A stretch of 64,000 nt of DNA. It comes from Thermoanaerobaculia bacterium (lineage in GTDB: Bacteria > Acidobacteriota > Thermoanaerobaculia > Gp7-AA8). The notes below the pieces were generated by a model. The model was not told the DNA's origin and ran no database searches. It worked only from the letters and a program-made list of their open reading frames with translations. The stretch lies in the NCBI GenBank assembly GCA_035627015.1, contig DASPMO010000081.1:8339-72338 (forward strand). Direction: 5' to 3'. Made by a program: the position numbers and the translations under genes. Every line of letters starts with the position of its first letter. Position 1 is the stretch's first letter. Shown piece by piece: positions 15,551 through 24,406 of this stretch.

Positions 15551-16566
15551 GCGTTGGCGGAGTTCCCTTTGCGGCGGGGCTTTCTGTTCGGTTTGGTTGT
15601 TTCAGCCGACACCGCGCGTTCGGCTTTGATGCGTTCGAGGAGCACGGACGCAGGTTCGTCGGTGGGGTCCTGATCGACGAGCCGGCCTTCGAAAGCCCAT
15701 TTGAGGATCGATTGGCGAAGGCGGCGTATCTGCAAAAGCTGACGTCCTGCGTCGGCCTCCGTTTCATCGGTCAACGACAGTAGTCGATCCGCCTCTGAAA
15801 CGATTTTCACCTGCTCTCGCACTGGCGGTAGAGGAATAGGCAACCGGCGGCAATTCGTGATGGCGAGATTTACTTGGCTGGTCGTTGTCTTAGCAGTGCC
15901 GAGCAGCCATGTCTGAGCCGGCGCAGACATCAACACGAGCCGTAGCCAACCTGTAGTTACACCTTCCGACGGTCGGAAGGCCGCGATCGCCTGATTGATG
16001 TTCCACTCGGGGAATTCAGTGCTAACAACGGACACCTTGCCCAAGGGCGGCCCCACGATGTTTGTGAGTACATCGCCCGGGTACACGCGAGACCGCGACA
16101 GTTGACCGTTGTGCGTCTCCTTTGAGACATATGCAGGTTTGACGGTGAAATCCAATTGACCTGTCATGGTCAGGTTGTAGACCTTGATGAAGGGAATCTC
16201 GCCGTCTCCGGAGAACAGCTTGTCGGCAGCAGGGGTGGAACCACTGACAACGGCACCGCAGATCGCGTCAGCGCTAACTCTTCTCCAGCCGTCCGGCAGA
16301 ACTGAGCGGTCTGGAACATCGAGACCTGTCGCAGGGTCGTAGTGGCGGCCCTCGGCGCGGCCCAACTCGGCCTCGGTCGGCACCAGCCGACCTTCGACGG
16401 CAGCCTTGAGCACTGAGGCGCGATAGCTCTTCAGGTTCCGCTGCACCCGCTCCAGTGTCGCCACGGCATGGTCGAGCCGGGTGAAGTACGACTCGATGGC
16501 TTCGACGATGCGGTGCTGCTCGGGAACGGGAGCCAGAGGCATCTTCAGGCTTCGCAGCCATTTCAA
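15547..16566 (-). CDS. hsdS: type I R-M specificity subunit: central conserved region, one TRD and C-terminal conserved region (half-size HsdS)
   Basis: PLAPVPEQHRIVEAIESYFTRLD... (conserved region 1), a low-GC TRD, then LPIPLPPVREQVKIVSEADRLL... (conserved region 2). 4-nt overlaps with both hsdM and the upstream fragment. Confidence 0.75.
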   Translation of the reverse strand: MKWLRSLKMPLAPVPEQHRIVEAIESYFTRLDHAVATLERVQRNLKSYRASVLKAAVEGRLVPTEAELGRAEGRHYDPATGLDVPDRSVLPDGWRRVSADAICGAVVSGSTPAADKLFSGDGEIPFIKVYNLTMTGQLDFTVKPAYVSKETHNGQLSRSRVYPGDVLTNIVGPPLGKVSVVSTEFPEWNINQAIAAFRPSEGVTTGWLRLVLMSAPAQTWLLGTAKTTTSQVNLAITNCRRLPIPLPPVREQVKIVSEADRLLSLTDETEADAGRQLLQIRRLRQSILKWAFEGRLVDQDPTDEPASVLLERIKAERAVSAETTKPNRKPRRKGNSANA

Positions 16567-16823
16567 ACCCAGCCGCGGACGACGTCATTCGCGCGTGCTT
16601 CATGGCGACGCAAACGCTGAAAGTGTTCTTCAGAAATATGTGCTCGCTCATCGACGAACATCCCGTCGCCGATGTTTTGAAGACGAATGACTCGGGGGCC
16701 GTGCTCCGTGTAGTGGCTGGTCTTCAGATTGGAACCAAACGGACCATCAGTAAACGCTGAAGGTTCATTCGCGGCCAGATCCTCTACTTCGACCCATGCC
16801 CAGCCGTGCGGCAGCTCGCTCAC
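16563..16823 (-). pseudogene. hsdS: N-terminal fragment of HsdS TRD1, out of frame with the rest of hsdS
   Basis: MSELPHGWAWVEVEDLAANEPSAFTDGPFGSNLKTSHYTEHGPRVIRLQNI... is a typical TRD start. It ends after about 86 aa at TGA 16563-65. The remaining ORF continues in another frame, and roughly 90-100 aa expected for a full TRD are absent. Confidence 0.6.
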
Positions 16824-19690
16824 GCCGCGAGCGCCCCATTCAGCTCATCGAGCACCCGCCGAAGTTCACCCCCAAACACCTGCGCCGCCCTCCCCAGCCC
16901 ACCCTCCTCCACAAACGGAGCGAGATCGAAATCCTCGACCGTCATCTCCAGGCTCGTCGCGATGTGATCGCGCATCATCTCCAGCCAGCGGCGCTGTTCT
17001 GGCGTGAAGGCGTGGCCGGCATCGCGTTGCTGCGCCAGCCACTGCTCGAAGCGCTCGCGCACCTGTTCGCCGAACGGGACCAGCTCGTCGTCCTTGTGCA
17101 CGGCGAACCGCACCAGCGAGACGATGTCCGTCAGCAGGCGCTGGCCGGACGCGCCGCGCACGCGGTCCTTCCGCAGCGTCTCGTATGCCCGCCATAGTTT
17201 CTCCGGCGTCCAGGAGCGGGGCGGTGCCTTGATCGCCGCGGCCAGCTCCTTGATGTCGCGGAACGTCAGCCGCCGCGAGTGCGGCTGGGCGTAGAAGAAC
17301 TGCAGCGCCTCGATCTCGTCCCGGTTCTCCTCGATGAACTGCTCGAACGACGTCACCAGCGCCTTCGCCTTCTCCTTCGCCTCTTCGCTCGCTCCCGCTT
17401 CGAGCAGCTCGTCCTGCGAGACCTCGTCGATCACCTGTTCCAGCTCGCGCTTGAGATCGGCGAGCAGCATGCGCAGCGCCGGGCTCGTCGCCAGCGGCAC
17501 GGTGGCAGCCTTCAGCAGTGTCTCGGCAGCGTTGCGAACTTGCGCATCCGTGGGCTCCTCCGCTTCGGGGACGCCGAACATCCGGTGCGCCTCGGCGAGC
17601 TGCCGGTCGGGATCGAGCCCTTCGACGATGCCGTGGGAGATGTCGCTCAGCGCCACGCCGCCCGAAACCTCCGTAATGCGCGCATGCTCCTTCGGCCCGC
17701 ATTCCTTATCGAGCCGCGACAGGCGGCTGGCGAGCGACGACAGCATCTCCGGATCGGTGCCGCCCATGGCCACATGCTCCAGCAGAGTGCCAAGCGCCAC
17801 GCTCCGCTTCCGTTCGAGCGGCTGCGTGTCGGCGAGCTGCGTTTCGGTCATGCCAACGCAGTCGACGATGACGAAGTGCGTCTTGGCCCGCGCGTGGGCG
17901 CCGCTCACCGCCTGCAGGTCGTTCGGATCGATGACCCGCACGCCGCGCCCTTTCATCTGTTCGAAGAGCACGCGGCTCTTGACCGCGCGCATGAACATCA
18001 CGATCTCGACCGGCTTGATGTCGGTGCCGGTGGCCACCATGTCCACGGTCACGGCGATGCGTGGCTCGTACTGATTGCGAAAGGCCTGGATCAGATCGCG
18101 CGGATTGGCCGAGGTGACCTTGTAGGTGATCTTCTGGCAGAAGGAGTTCCCGCGGCCGAACTCGTCGCGGATGATCTCCACGATGTCCTCGGCGTGGCTG
18201 TCGTCCTTGGCGAAGATCAGCGTCTTCGGCACTTCCTTCCGCCCGGGAAAGATGTCGACCGGCAGGCGGTCGCGAAAGGTACGGACGATGGTGCGGATCT
18301 GGTCCTTCGCCACGACCTTCCGGTCCAGCTCATTCGGGTCGTAGGTGAGATCCTCGTCCGGCGTCTCCCAGCGCGTGGCGCGGGTCTGCTTGTGCCGGTA
18401 GCCGAGCATCGTGTCTGGCGTGGCTTCGACGGTCGACCCCTGCGCGGTGATCTGCGTGCGGATGTTGTAGACCTCGAAGTCGACGTTCACCCCGTCGGCG
18501 ACGGCGCGCTCGTGGTCGTACTCCATGACCAGGTTCTTGTTGAAGAAGCCGAGGGTCTGCTTCGAGGGAGTGGCGGTGAGGCCGATGAGGAAGGCGTCAA
18601 AGTACTCCACCACCTGCCGCCAGAGGGTGTAGATCGAGCGGTGCACCTCGTCGATGACCACGACGTCGAAGAACTCGGGCGGATAGCGCTCGTTATAGAC
18701 GACCGGTAGTGGCTCCTTCATCGCCGCTCCGCTCGACTCGAACTGCGACACTTCTTCGGCGAGCGGGTCGAGCTCTTCGCCTTTCAGCATCGAGTAGACG
18801 CGCTGAATCGTGGCGATCACCACGCGGCTGGAGTCCATGATGTTGTTCGAGGCCAGCCGCTGGACGTTGTACAGCTCCGTGAAGAGGCGATTGCCGTCAG
18901 GCGCGCGATATCCCTGGAACTCCGTTTCAGCCTGCTCGCCGAGGTTGCTGCGGTCGACGAGGAAGAGGACGCGGCGCGCTCCACCGTACTTGATGAGGCG
19001 GTAGATGGCGGTGATGGCGGCGATGGTCTTGCCGGAGCCGGTGGCCATCTGGATGAGGGCGCGGGGCCGGCTGCGCTTCATCGAGTGCTCGAGGTTCGTG
19101 ACCGCTTCGAACTGGTTCTTGAACAGCGTGCCGCGCTCGAGCGGGGGCATGGTCTGCAGTCGGGCGCGAAACGACGATGGCTTCGTGTCGTCGGCGGCTG
19201 TATACAGGCCAGTGCCCTCGGCGTGCAGACGCTTCACCCATTGATCGAGGGTCTCCGCACTGATCCACTCGGCGAGAGTTTCGGGACGATGGATTTGCGG
19301 CAGGTTCGCGGAAATCGCGCGCGTCTTTGGATCGGGATCGAGGCCGTTGATGAAGCGCGTCTCCACGCCGGTGCTGATGTACTGGAACGGAAGAGGATCG
19401 ACGGGCGGATTCAGACCGGCAGGGAGACCGTGCGCGTACTTGTCGACCTGTAACTCGACATTGATCAGCGGATATCCGACCGGCTTCGCCTCCAGAGCGC
19501 CGACAGCTTTGCCATCGACGAACAGCAGGTAGTCGGCGAAGCCGTGGCCGGAGGCCATCTTGAATTCGCGGACCGCGACGCCGCGGCCGGCCGCGAGATT
19601 CATCGCGGCGCGGTCCTGGATGACCCAACCCGCCTGATTCAGTGCAGCATCGATCAGGCGGCGGGCGTCTTGTTCAGGCGAGGGGCTCAT
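16820..19690 (-). CDS. hsdR: type I restriction enzyme R subunit (nuclease plus SF2 helicase plus EcoEI-type C-terminal domain)
   Basis: N-terminal PD-(D/E)XK FADYLLFVDGKAVGALEAKP, helicase motifs QMATGSGKT and VVIDEVHR, plus MVATGTDIKP. The long helical C-terminal region resembles my recollection of the EcoEI R C-terminal domain. Confidence 0.9.
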   Translation of the reverse strand: MSPSPEQDARRLIDAALNQAGWVIQDRAAMNLAAGRGVAVREFKMASGHGFADYLLFVDGKAVGALEAKPVGYPLINVELQVDKYAHGLPAGLNPPVDPLPFQYISTGVETRFINGLDPDPKTRAISANLPQIHRPETLAEWISAETLDQWVKRLHAEGTGLYTAADDTKPSSFRARLQTMPPLERGTLFKNQFEAVTNLEHSMKRSRPRALIQMATGSGKTIAAITAIYRLIKYGGARRVLFLVDRSNLGEQAETEFQGYRAPDGNRLFTELYNVQRLASNNIMDSSRVVIATIQRVYSMLKGEELDPLAEEVSQFESSGAAMKEPLPVVYNERYPPEFFDVVVIDEVHRSIYTLWRQVVEYFDAFLIGLTATPSKQTLGFFNKNLVMEYDHERAVADGVNVDFEVYNIRTQITAQGSTVEATPDTMLGYRHKQTRATRWETPDEDLTYDPNELDRKVVAKDQIRTIVRTFRDRLPVDIFPGRKEVPKTLIFAKDDSHAEDIVEIIRDEFGRGNSFCQKITYKVTSANPRDLIQAFRNQYEPRIAVTVDMVATGTDIKPVEIVMFMRAVKSRVLFEQMKGRGVRVIDPNDLQAVSGAHARAKTHFVIVDCVGMTETQLADTQPLERKRSVALGTLLEHVAMGGTDPEMLSSLASRLSRLDKECGPKEHARITEVSGGVALSDISHGIVEGLDPDRQLAEAHRMFGVPEAEEPTDAQVRNAAETLLKAATVPLATSPALRMLLADLKRELEQVIDEVSQDELLEAGASEEAKEKAKALVTSFEQFIEENRDEIEALQFFYAQPHSRRLTFRDIKELAAAIKAPPRSWTPEKLWRAYETLRKDRVRGASGQRLLTDIVSLVRFAVHKDDELVPFGEQVRERFEQWLAQQRDAGHAFTPEQRRWLEMMRDHIATSLEMTVEDFDLAPFVEEGGLGRAAQVFGGELRRVLDELNGALAA

Positions 19691-19847
19691 ATGGGATTGG
19701 ACGCGGTCACTCGACCGAGGGGCAGAGTATCTGTGAGGCGCCGCTGGTAGACAAGGTCACTTTCACACAATCGTGCGTCGCGAAGAAGCGACAGGTGGTG
19801 ATGAGCGCACCCGTAGCGCCTCGGCTGCGTGATCCGCTGTGGCGCGA

Positions 19848-19876
19848 TTGACCGTCCTTTCCGCCCTCGCTACCCT
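19848..19876 (+). promoter_or_regulatory. candidate sigma70-type promoter giving a leaderless or near-leaderless mRNA for the 19883 gene
   Basis: TTGACC (19848-53), a 17-nt spacer, then TACCCT (19871-76). ATG 19883 lies 7 nt past the -10 hexamer and no Shine-Dalgarno is visible. Confidence 0.25.
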
Positions 19877-19882
19877 CCATCA

Positions 19883-20950
19883 ATGCCTCTGGAGCTCGGA
19901 ATCTGGCGTATCGACGGCGACACGCGCGCGATCGTTCCCGCACGGATGGACCGCGAGGAGCGCCTCGAATCGATCGTGCACCGGGACGTGTCGATCCTCG
20001 GCCTTGACGTGATGATCGTCGGGCGGCAGGTGCCGACCGATTACGGGAAGCGGATCGATCTGCTGGCGGTCGATGGCGACGGTGCGCTGGTGGTTGTTGA
20101 GCTGAAGCGGGACCGCACGCCGCGCGATGTTGTCGCGCAGCTCCTCGACTACGGATCGTGGGTGAAGGGACTCGGCCGCGATGACATTGCTCGCATCTGG
20201 TCTGAACAGTCGGACGTCCCGTTTGAAGAAGGGTTCCGGGGACGCTTTGGGGCACTGCCGGAGACGCTGAACGAGAGTCACAGGCTGGTCATCGTTGCGT
20301 CGGAGCTGGACCCGAGCACGGAGCGGATCGTTTCGTATCTCTCCGAGTCCGGCATTCCGATCAATGCGGTGTTCTTCCGCTGCTTCCACGACGAGGGCCG
20401 CGAGTACCTGACACGGAGCTGGTTCGTCGAGCCGAATGAAGCCGAGGCGCGGGCGGAAAAGGCCGTGACGCGGCGCAGCGAGCCGTGGAATGGACAGGAC
20501 TTTTACGTCGCCATCGGAGAGGGTGAGCACCGGACATGGGAAGACTGTGTTCGGTATGGCTTCGTCTCAGGCGGTCAGGGACGTTGGTACAACCGGCCGC
20601 TGGAGAAGCTCTTCGTCGGAGCGCGAGTCTTCGCATGCGTCCCGGGTCAAGGGTATGTCGGCTATGGCGAGGTGATTGCGCCGGCGGTGCGGGTTCGGGA
20701 CTTCACCGTCGAAATCGATGGAGCGACGCGATCGATCCTCGAAGTGCCACTCCGTGCAACGCACATGGCCGAGAATGCGGATGACGCCGAAAAATCCGAA
20801 TACCTCGTGCGTGTCCGCTGGGACGAGCATGTGCCCGTCGAGCAGGCGTATTGGGAGAAAGGCATGTTCGCCAACCAGTTGACCGCGTGCAAGCTGCGGC
20901 ACAAATTCACCCTGGAAAGGCTGGCGGAGCGGTTCGGTCTGGAGTCATGA
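19883..20950 (+). CDS. PD-(D/E)XK nuclease (NucS/DUF91-like) fused to a PUA/EVE-like C-terminal domain; candidate modification-dependent restriction enzyme
   Basis: GKRIDLLAVDGDGALVVVELKRDRTPRDVVAQLLDYGSWV gives the D...ExK...QLL.Y pattern. The C-terminal region reads WNGQDFYVAIGEGEHRTWEDCVRYGFVSGGQGRWYNRPLEKLFVGARVFACVPGQGYVGYGEVI. The gene is divergent from hsdR. Confidence 0.5.
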   Translation: MPLELGIWRIDGDTRAIVPARMDREERLESIVHRDVSILGLDVMIVGRQVPTDYGKRIDLLAVDGDGALVVVELKRDRTPRDVVAQLLDYGSWVKGLGRDDIARIWSEQSDVPFEEGFRGRFGALPETLNESHRLVIVASELDPSTERIVSYLSESGIPINAVFFRCFHDEGREYLTRSWFVEPNEAEARAEKAVTRRSEPWNGQDFYVAIGEGEHRTWEDCVRYGFVSGGQGRWYNRPLEKLFVGARVFACVPGQGYVGYGEVIAPAVRVRDFTVEIDGATRSILEVPLRATHMAENADDAEKSEYLVRVRWDEHVPVEQAYWEKGMFANQLTACKLRHKFTLERLAERFGLES

Positions 20951-21084
20951 CCGGCCGGACGCGATCCCATCGAACCCGATGAAGAGCTCAGTCACCTGGA
21001 ATGCCCCCATTCCGCTGCGCGGCGACGCACGCGACCTCTGCGATTCGTTCGATTTCAACTTGCTCGACCTGCGTAGGGGGCGTG

Positions 21085-21836
21085 ATGCGCGAATCGACTG
21101 ACGGCCTGCAGCTCCGTCCCGAAGTGGCGCACCGCCTCGGCTACTACGTGTATCTCTACACCGACCCGCGCACCGAGCAGCCGTTCTATTTCGGTAAGGG
21201 TCAAGGAGAGCGCGCGCTGTCGCATCTCAGCGAGGAGGCCGAGTCGCGCAAATGCGCACGCATCGCCGAACTGAGAGCGGAGGGAAAGGAGCCGCGGGTC
21301 GACATCCTCGCGCACGGGCTGCACGACGAGGAGACGGCGTTTCGCATCGAGGCGGCGGTGATCGATCTCTTCGGGTTGGACACGCTGACGAACGCGGTTC
21401 ACGGCTGGCGCAGTCTGCAACTCGGAAGGCTTCCCCTTTCGGAGTTGACGATGTACTACGCGGCGAAACCGGTGGAAGTCGACGTGCCGGCGCTGCTGAT
21501 CCGTATCAATCGTCTGTACCGCCACAACATGACGCCGCTGGAGCTGTACGAAGCAACGCGCGGCGTCTGGAAATTCGGTACGCGTTGCACGAAGGCGCAG
21601 TACGCGTTGCCGTCTTCGAAGGCGTCGTGCGGGAGGTGTACGAGATCAAGCCATGGCATCCGGCCGCGACGACACCGTATGTCACGCGTGATGCCGCCAA
21701 GCTCACCACCAACGGGCGCCGCGAGTTCCTCGGACACGTCGCCGACGCGGCCGTGCGGGACCGGTATTTCGGACGCAGCGTCGCGGATTACTTCCATCGA
21801 GGACAGCAGAATCCGGTCGTCTACGTGAACTGCTGA
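21085..21836 (+). pseudogene. GIY-YIG-domain protein gene disrupted by a frameshift near 21604-21609
   Basis: N-terminal GIY-YIG signature YYVYLYTDPRTEQPFYFGKGQGER. The sequence ...RGVWKFGTRCTKAQYA continues in another frame as (V)AVFEGVVREVYEIKPWHPA...VVYVNC. Two nucleotides (21607-08) lie between the frames, consistent with a 1-nt deletion. Confidence 0.65.
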
Positions 21837-21945
21837 TCGACTCCCATGCGCGCACGGCCGCTTTCGAGGTCTACGCGGCAGGTCTTCCACGCCGCCACGA
21901 GCCTCCCCCTTGCCTTTCCCCTCCCTCCGACCCATACTTTTGAAC

Positions 21946-22878
21946 ATGATCAAAAATGAGGAAGCGCCCGTGTCCATCGAGCCCGAGGGCCGGCCCGGCA
22001 TCCATCGCGCACAGTGGGCGCTGGCGGCGCTCATCCTCGCGCTCGCGGTGGGGGGCGTGCTTTACCGGCTGCTCGTCATGAAGAAGCTCGAGCAGACCGC
22101 GGCGCTCTTCATCGGGCTGCCGGCGGTGCTGGCCATCATCCTGGCCATGACACCGCGAGCCGGGAGCGCCACGGGGACGATCATCAAGGGCTTGACCATC
22201 GCCCTCCTGATGTCCGGCCCGATCCTCGGGGAGGGGTTCATCTGCATCGTGATGGCCGCGCCGCTCTTCTACCTGGTGGGCATCATCATCGGCCTGGTCA
22301 TCGACCGCGCCCGGCGCAGGGAAGGCTCCTCGGTCCTGCGCGCCGTCATCCTCCTGCCGCTGCTCGCGATGAGCATCGAAGGGGTGACGCCCGCGCTGAC
22401 CTTCGCCACGCGCGAGGAGGTGACAGCGGTGCGCATCGTGGAAGCGACACCCGAAGAGGTGGAGCGCGCGCTGGCGCAGACGCCGCGCTTCGAGCGGGAG
22501 CTGCCGTCGTTCCTGCGCCTCAAGTTTCCGAGACCGGAGCGGACCGCGGGGGCAGGGCTCGAGCCGGGAGCGATGCGCGTGGTGCGCTTCGCGGGCGGGG
22601 AGGGGAAGCCGGGAGACCTCATGCTCCGCGTCGCGGAGCGGGGGCCGTCGTCCGTGACGTTCGAGGCGGTCTCGGACACGAGTCACATCGCGCACTGGCT
22701 GACCTGGCGCTCCTCGCACGTGACCTGGCGCCCGCTCGACGCCCGCCGCACGGAGGTGACGTGGAGCATCGTGTACGACCGCGAGCTCGACCCGGCGTGG
22801 TACTTCGGGCCGTGGGAGCGCTACGCGACGCGGCTCGCGGCGGGCGTCCTGATCGACAACCTGGCCACGCCGCGATGA
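21946..22878 (+). CDS. membrane-anchored SRPBCC (START/polyketide-cyclase-like) domain protein
   Basis: About 4 TM helices (ALAALILALAVGGVLY, AALFIGLPAVLAIILAM, ...) precede a soluble domain VRIVEATPEEVERALAQTPRF...HIAHWLTWRSSHVTWRPLD. Start chosen at MIKNEE. Confidence 0.55.
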   Translation: MIKNEEAPVSIEPEGRPGIHRAQWALAALILALAVGGVLYRLLVMKKLEQTAALFIGLPAVLAIILAMTPRAGSATGTIIKGLTIALLMSGPILGEGFICIVMAAPLFYLVGIIIGLVIDRARRREGSSVLRAVILLPLLAMSIEGVTPALTFATREEVTAVRIVEATPEEVERALAQTPRFERELPSFLRLKFPRPERTAGAGLEPGAMRVVRFAGGEGKPGDLMLRVAERGPSSVTFEAVSDTSHIAHWLTWRSSHVTWRPLDARRTEVTWSIVYDRELDPAWYFGPWERYATRLAAGVLIDNLATPR

Positions 22879-24113
22879 GGGTGCTGGCCATCCGCAGCCT
22901 GGCCCTGCTGCTGCCGCTCCTTGGCGCGGCGGCGGCGTGGCTCTGGCGCCCGCCGTCGCGGCGGGCGGCCGGCGCGGTCTACCTGGCGACGTTCTGGACG
23001 CTGCCCTCGCTGCTCCTCGTTCAACTCCTCGCGCAGCGCTTCGGCTGGTGGACCTTCCGCTTCGATGGCGGCGGCTTCTTTGGCATGCCCACCGATCTCT
23101 TCCTCGGCTGGGCCCTGCTGTGGGGCGCGCTTCCCGCGCTGCTGATGCCGCGCGTCCCGCTCGCGGCAATCATTGCGCTGATGGTGACCGTCGACCTCGC
23201 CCTGATGCCCCTCTGCACGCCAGTCCTGATCCTCGGTCCGCAGTGGCTCGTCGGCGAGCTCGTGGCGGCGGCCATCGTGCTGATCCCGGCGCAGCTCCTG
23301 GCAAGATGGACGGCGCGCGACGAGCACCTCCGGCGTCGCGTGCTGCTCCAGGTCGTTCTCTTCTGCGCCTTCGTGGTCTTCTTCCTCCCCGCGTTGGTGC
23401 TGCACATCGCCGGCGCGTCACGCCCCACGCACATTCCGTGGCTCCTGCAGCAAGGCATGATCGTCGCGGCCATCATCGGCCTCACCGCGGTGCAGGAATT
23501 CGCCGAGCGCGGCGGCGGGACGCCGTTCCCGTTCGACCCGCCGAAACGGCTCGTGCGCAGCGGGATCTACGCCTACGTGCGCAACCCGATGCAGCTCGCC
23601 ACGGCGCTGCTGTTCCTCATGACGGCAAACGTCTGGCTGATGCTCATCGGCGCGATGGCCGTCGTCTACTCCGTCGGCCTGGCGGCGTGGGACGAAGGCG
23701 CCGATCTGGCGCGCTTCGGCCCGGAGGGGGAGCGGTACACGAAGAGCGTGCGCGCGTGGCTCCCGTCGTGGCGGCCGTACATCGAAGAGCCGGCGACCAT
23801 CTACTTCGCCGAGGGATGCGATGTGTGCAGCCAATTCGCGTCGCGGGTGCGCGCGCTCGGGCCGCGGCAACTGCGCTTCGCCGATGCGGCCACATATCCG
23901 ACACGCCTCCAACGCGTGCGCTACGAGGCTGCGGACGGCACCAAGGCGGACGGCATCGCCGCGGTTGCCCGCGCCCTGGAACATGTGCACCTCGGGTGGG
24001 CGCTCATCGGCTTCGCCGCGCGGCTGCCCGTCGCGCGGCCGATCCTGCAACTGATCTTCGACGCGACGGGTGCGGGGAAGGATGTGCGCGCATCCGGCCC
24101 CTCCCAGGTATGA
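22875..24113 (+). CDS. polytopic membrane protein: N-terminal TM domain, ICMT/phospholipid-methyltransferase-like core and a CxxC (DCC-like) C-terminal domain
   Basis: ICMT-family motif GGGTPFPFDPPKRLVRSGIYAYVRNPMQLA. C-terminal TIYFAEGCDVCSQFA. The ATG overlaps the preceding stop (ATGA at 22875-78). Confidence 0.6.
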   Translation: MRVLAIRSLALLLPLLGAAAAWLWRPPSRRAAGAVYLATFWTLPSLLLVQLLAQRFGWWTFRFDGGGFFGMPTDLFLGWALLWGALPALLMPRVPLAAIIALMVTVDLALMPLCTPVLILGPQWLVGELVAAAIVLIPAQLLARWTARDEHLRRRVLLQVVLFCAFVVFFLPALVLHIAGASRPTHIPWLLQQGMIVAAIIGLTAVQEFAERGGGTPFPFDPPKRLVRSGIYAYVRNPMQLATALLFLMTANVWLMLIGAMAVVYSVGLAAWDEGADLARFGPEGERYTKSVRAWLPSWRPYIEEPATIYFAEGCDVCSQFASRVRALGPRQLRFADAATYPTRLQRVRYEAADGTKADGIAAVARALEHVHLGWALIGFAARLPVARPILQLIFDATGAGKDVRASGPSQV

Positions 24114-24130
24114 AAAGACGAGTCTGCGCG

Positions 24131-24404
24131 GGAGTGCGGCAGCGGGTGAGCTGCCGCACTCCTAAGCAGGCCGCACTAGCTTCGCCAACGGAAGCGGACC
24201 GCCGGCGTCCTCGCCGGCTGTCTGTGCGGGCGTCTCGCCCGCACAGTGGCGGCGGGACGCCGCCACAGACAGCCGGCGGGACGCCGGCGGTCCGCTTCCG
24301 TTGGCGTCCTGACAGCGGTCTGCTTAGCGGAGGCGCAGCCTCCGCCCGCGCGCGGCAGCTGCGGCTGCCGCATGGAGAGCGGCAGCTGGCGCTGCCGCAC
24401 TCCA
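24131..24404. repeat. composite palindromic element: family-1 element carrying a nested family-2 element (24183-24306)
   Basis: Outer ends GGAGTGCGGCAGCG ... CGCTGCCGCACTCCA. The inner element has perfect 28-bp inverted termini CGCCAACGGAAGCGGACCGCCGGCGTCC / GGACGCCGGCGGTCCGCTTCCGTTGGCG. Inverted CTAAGCAG(G/A)CCGC segments flank it. Confidence 0.85.
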
Positions 24405-24406
24405 GA

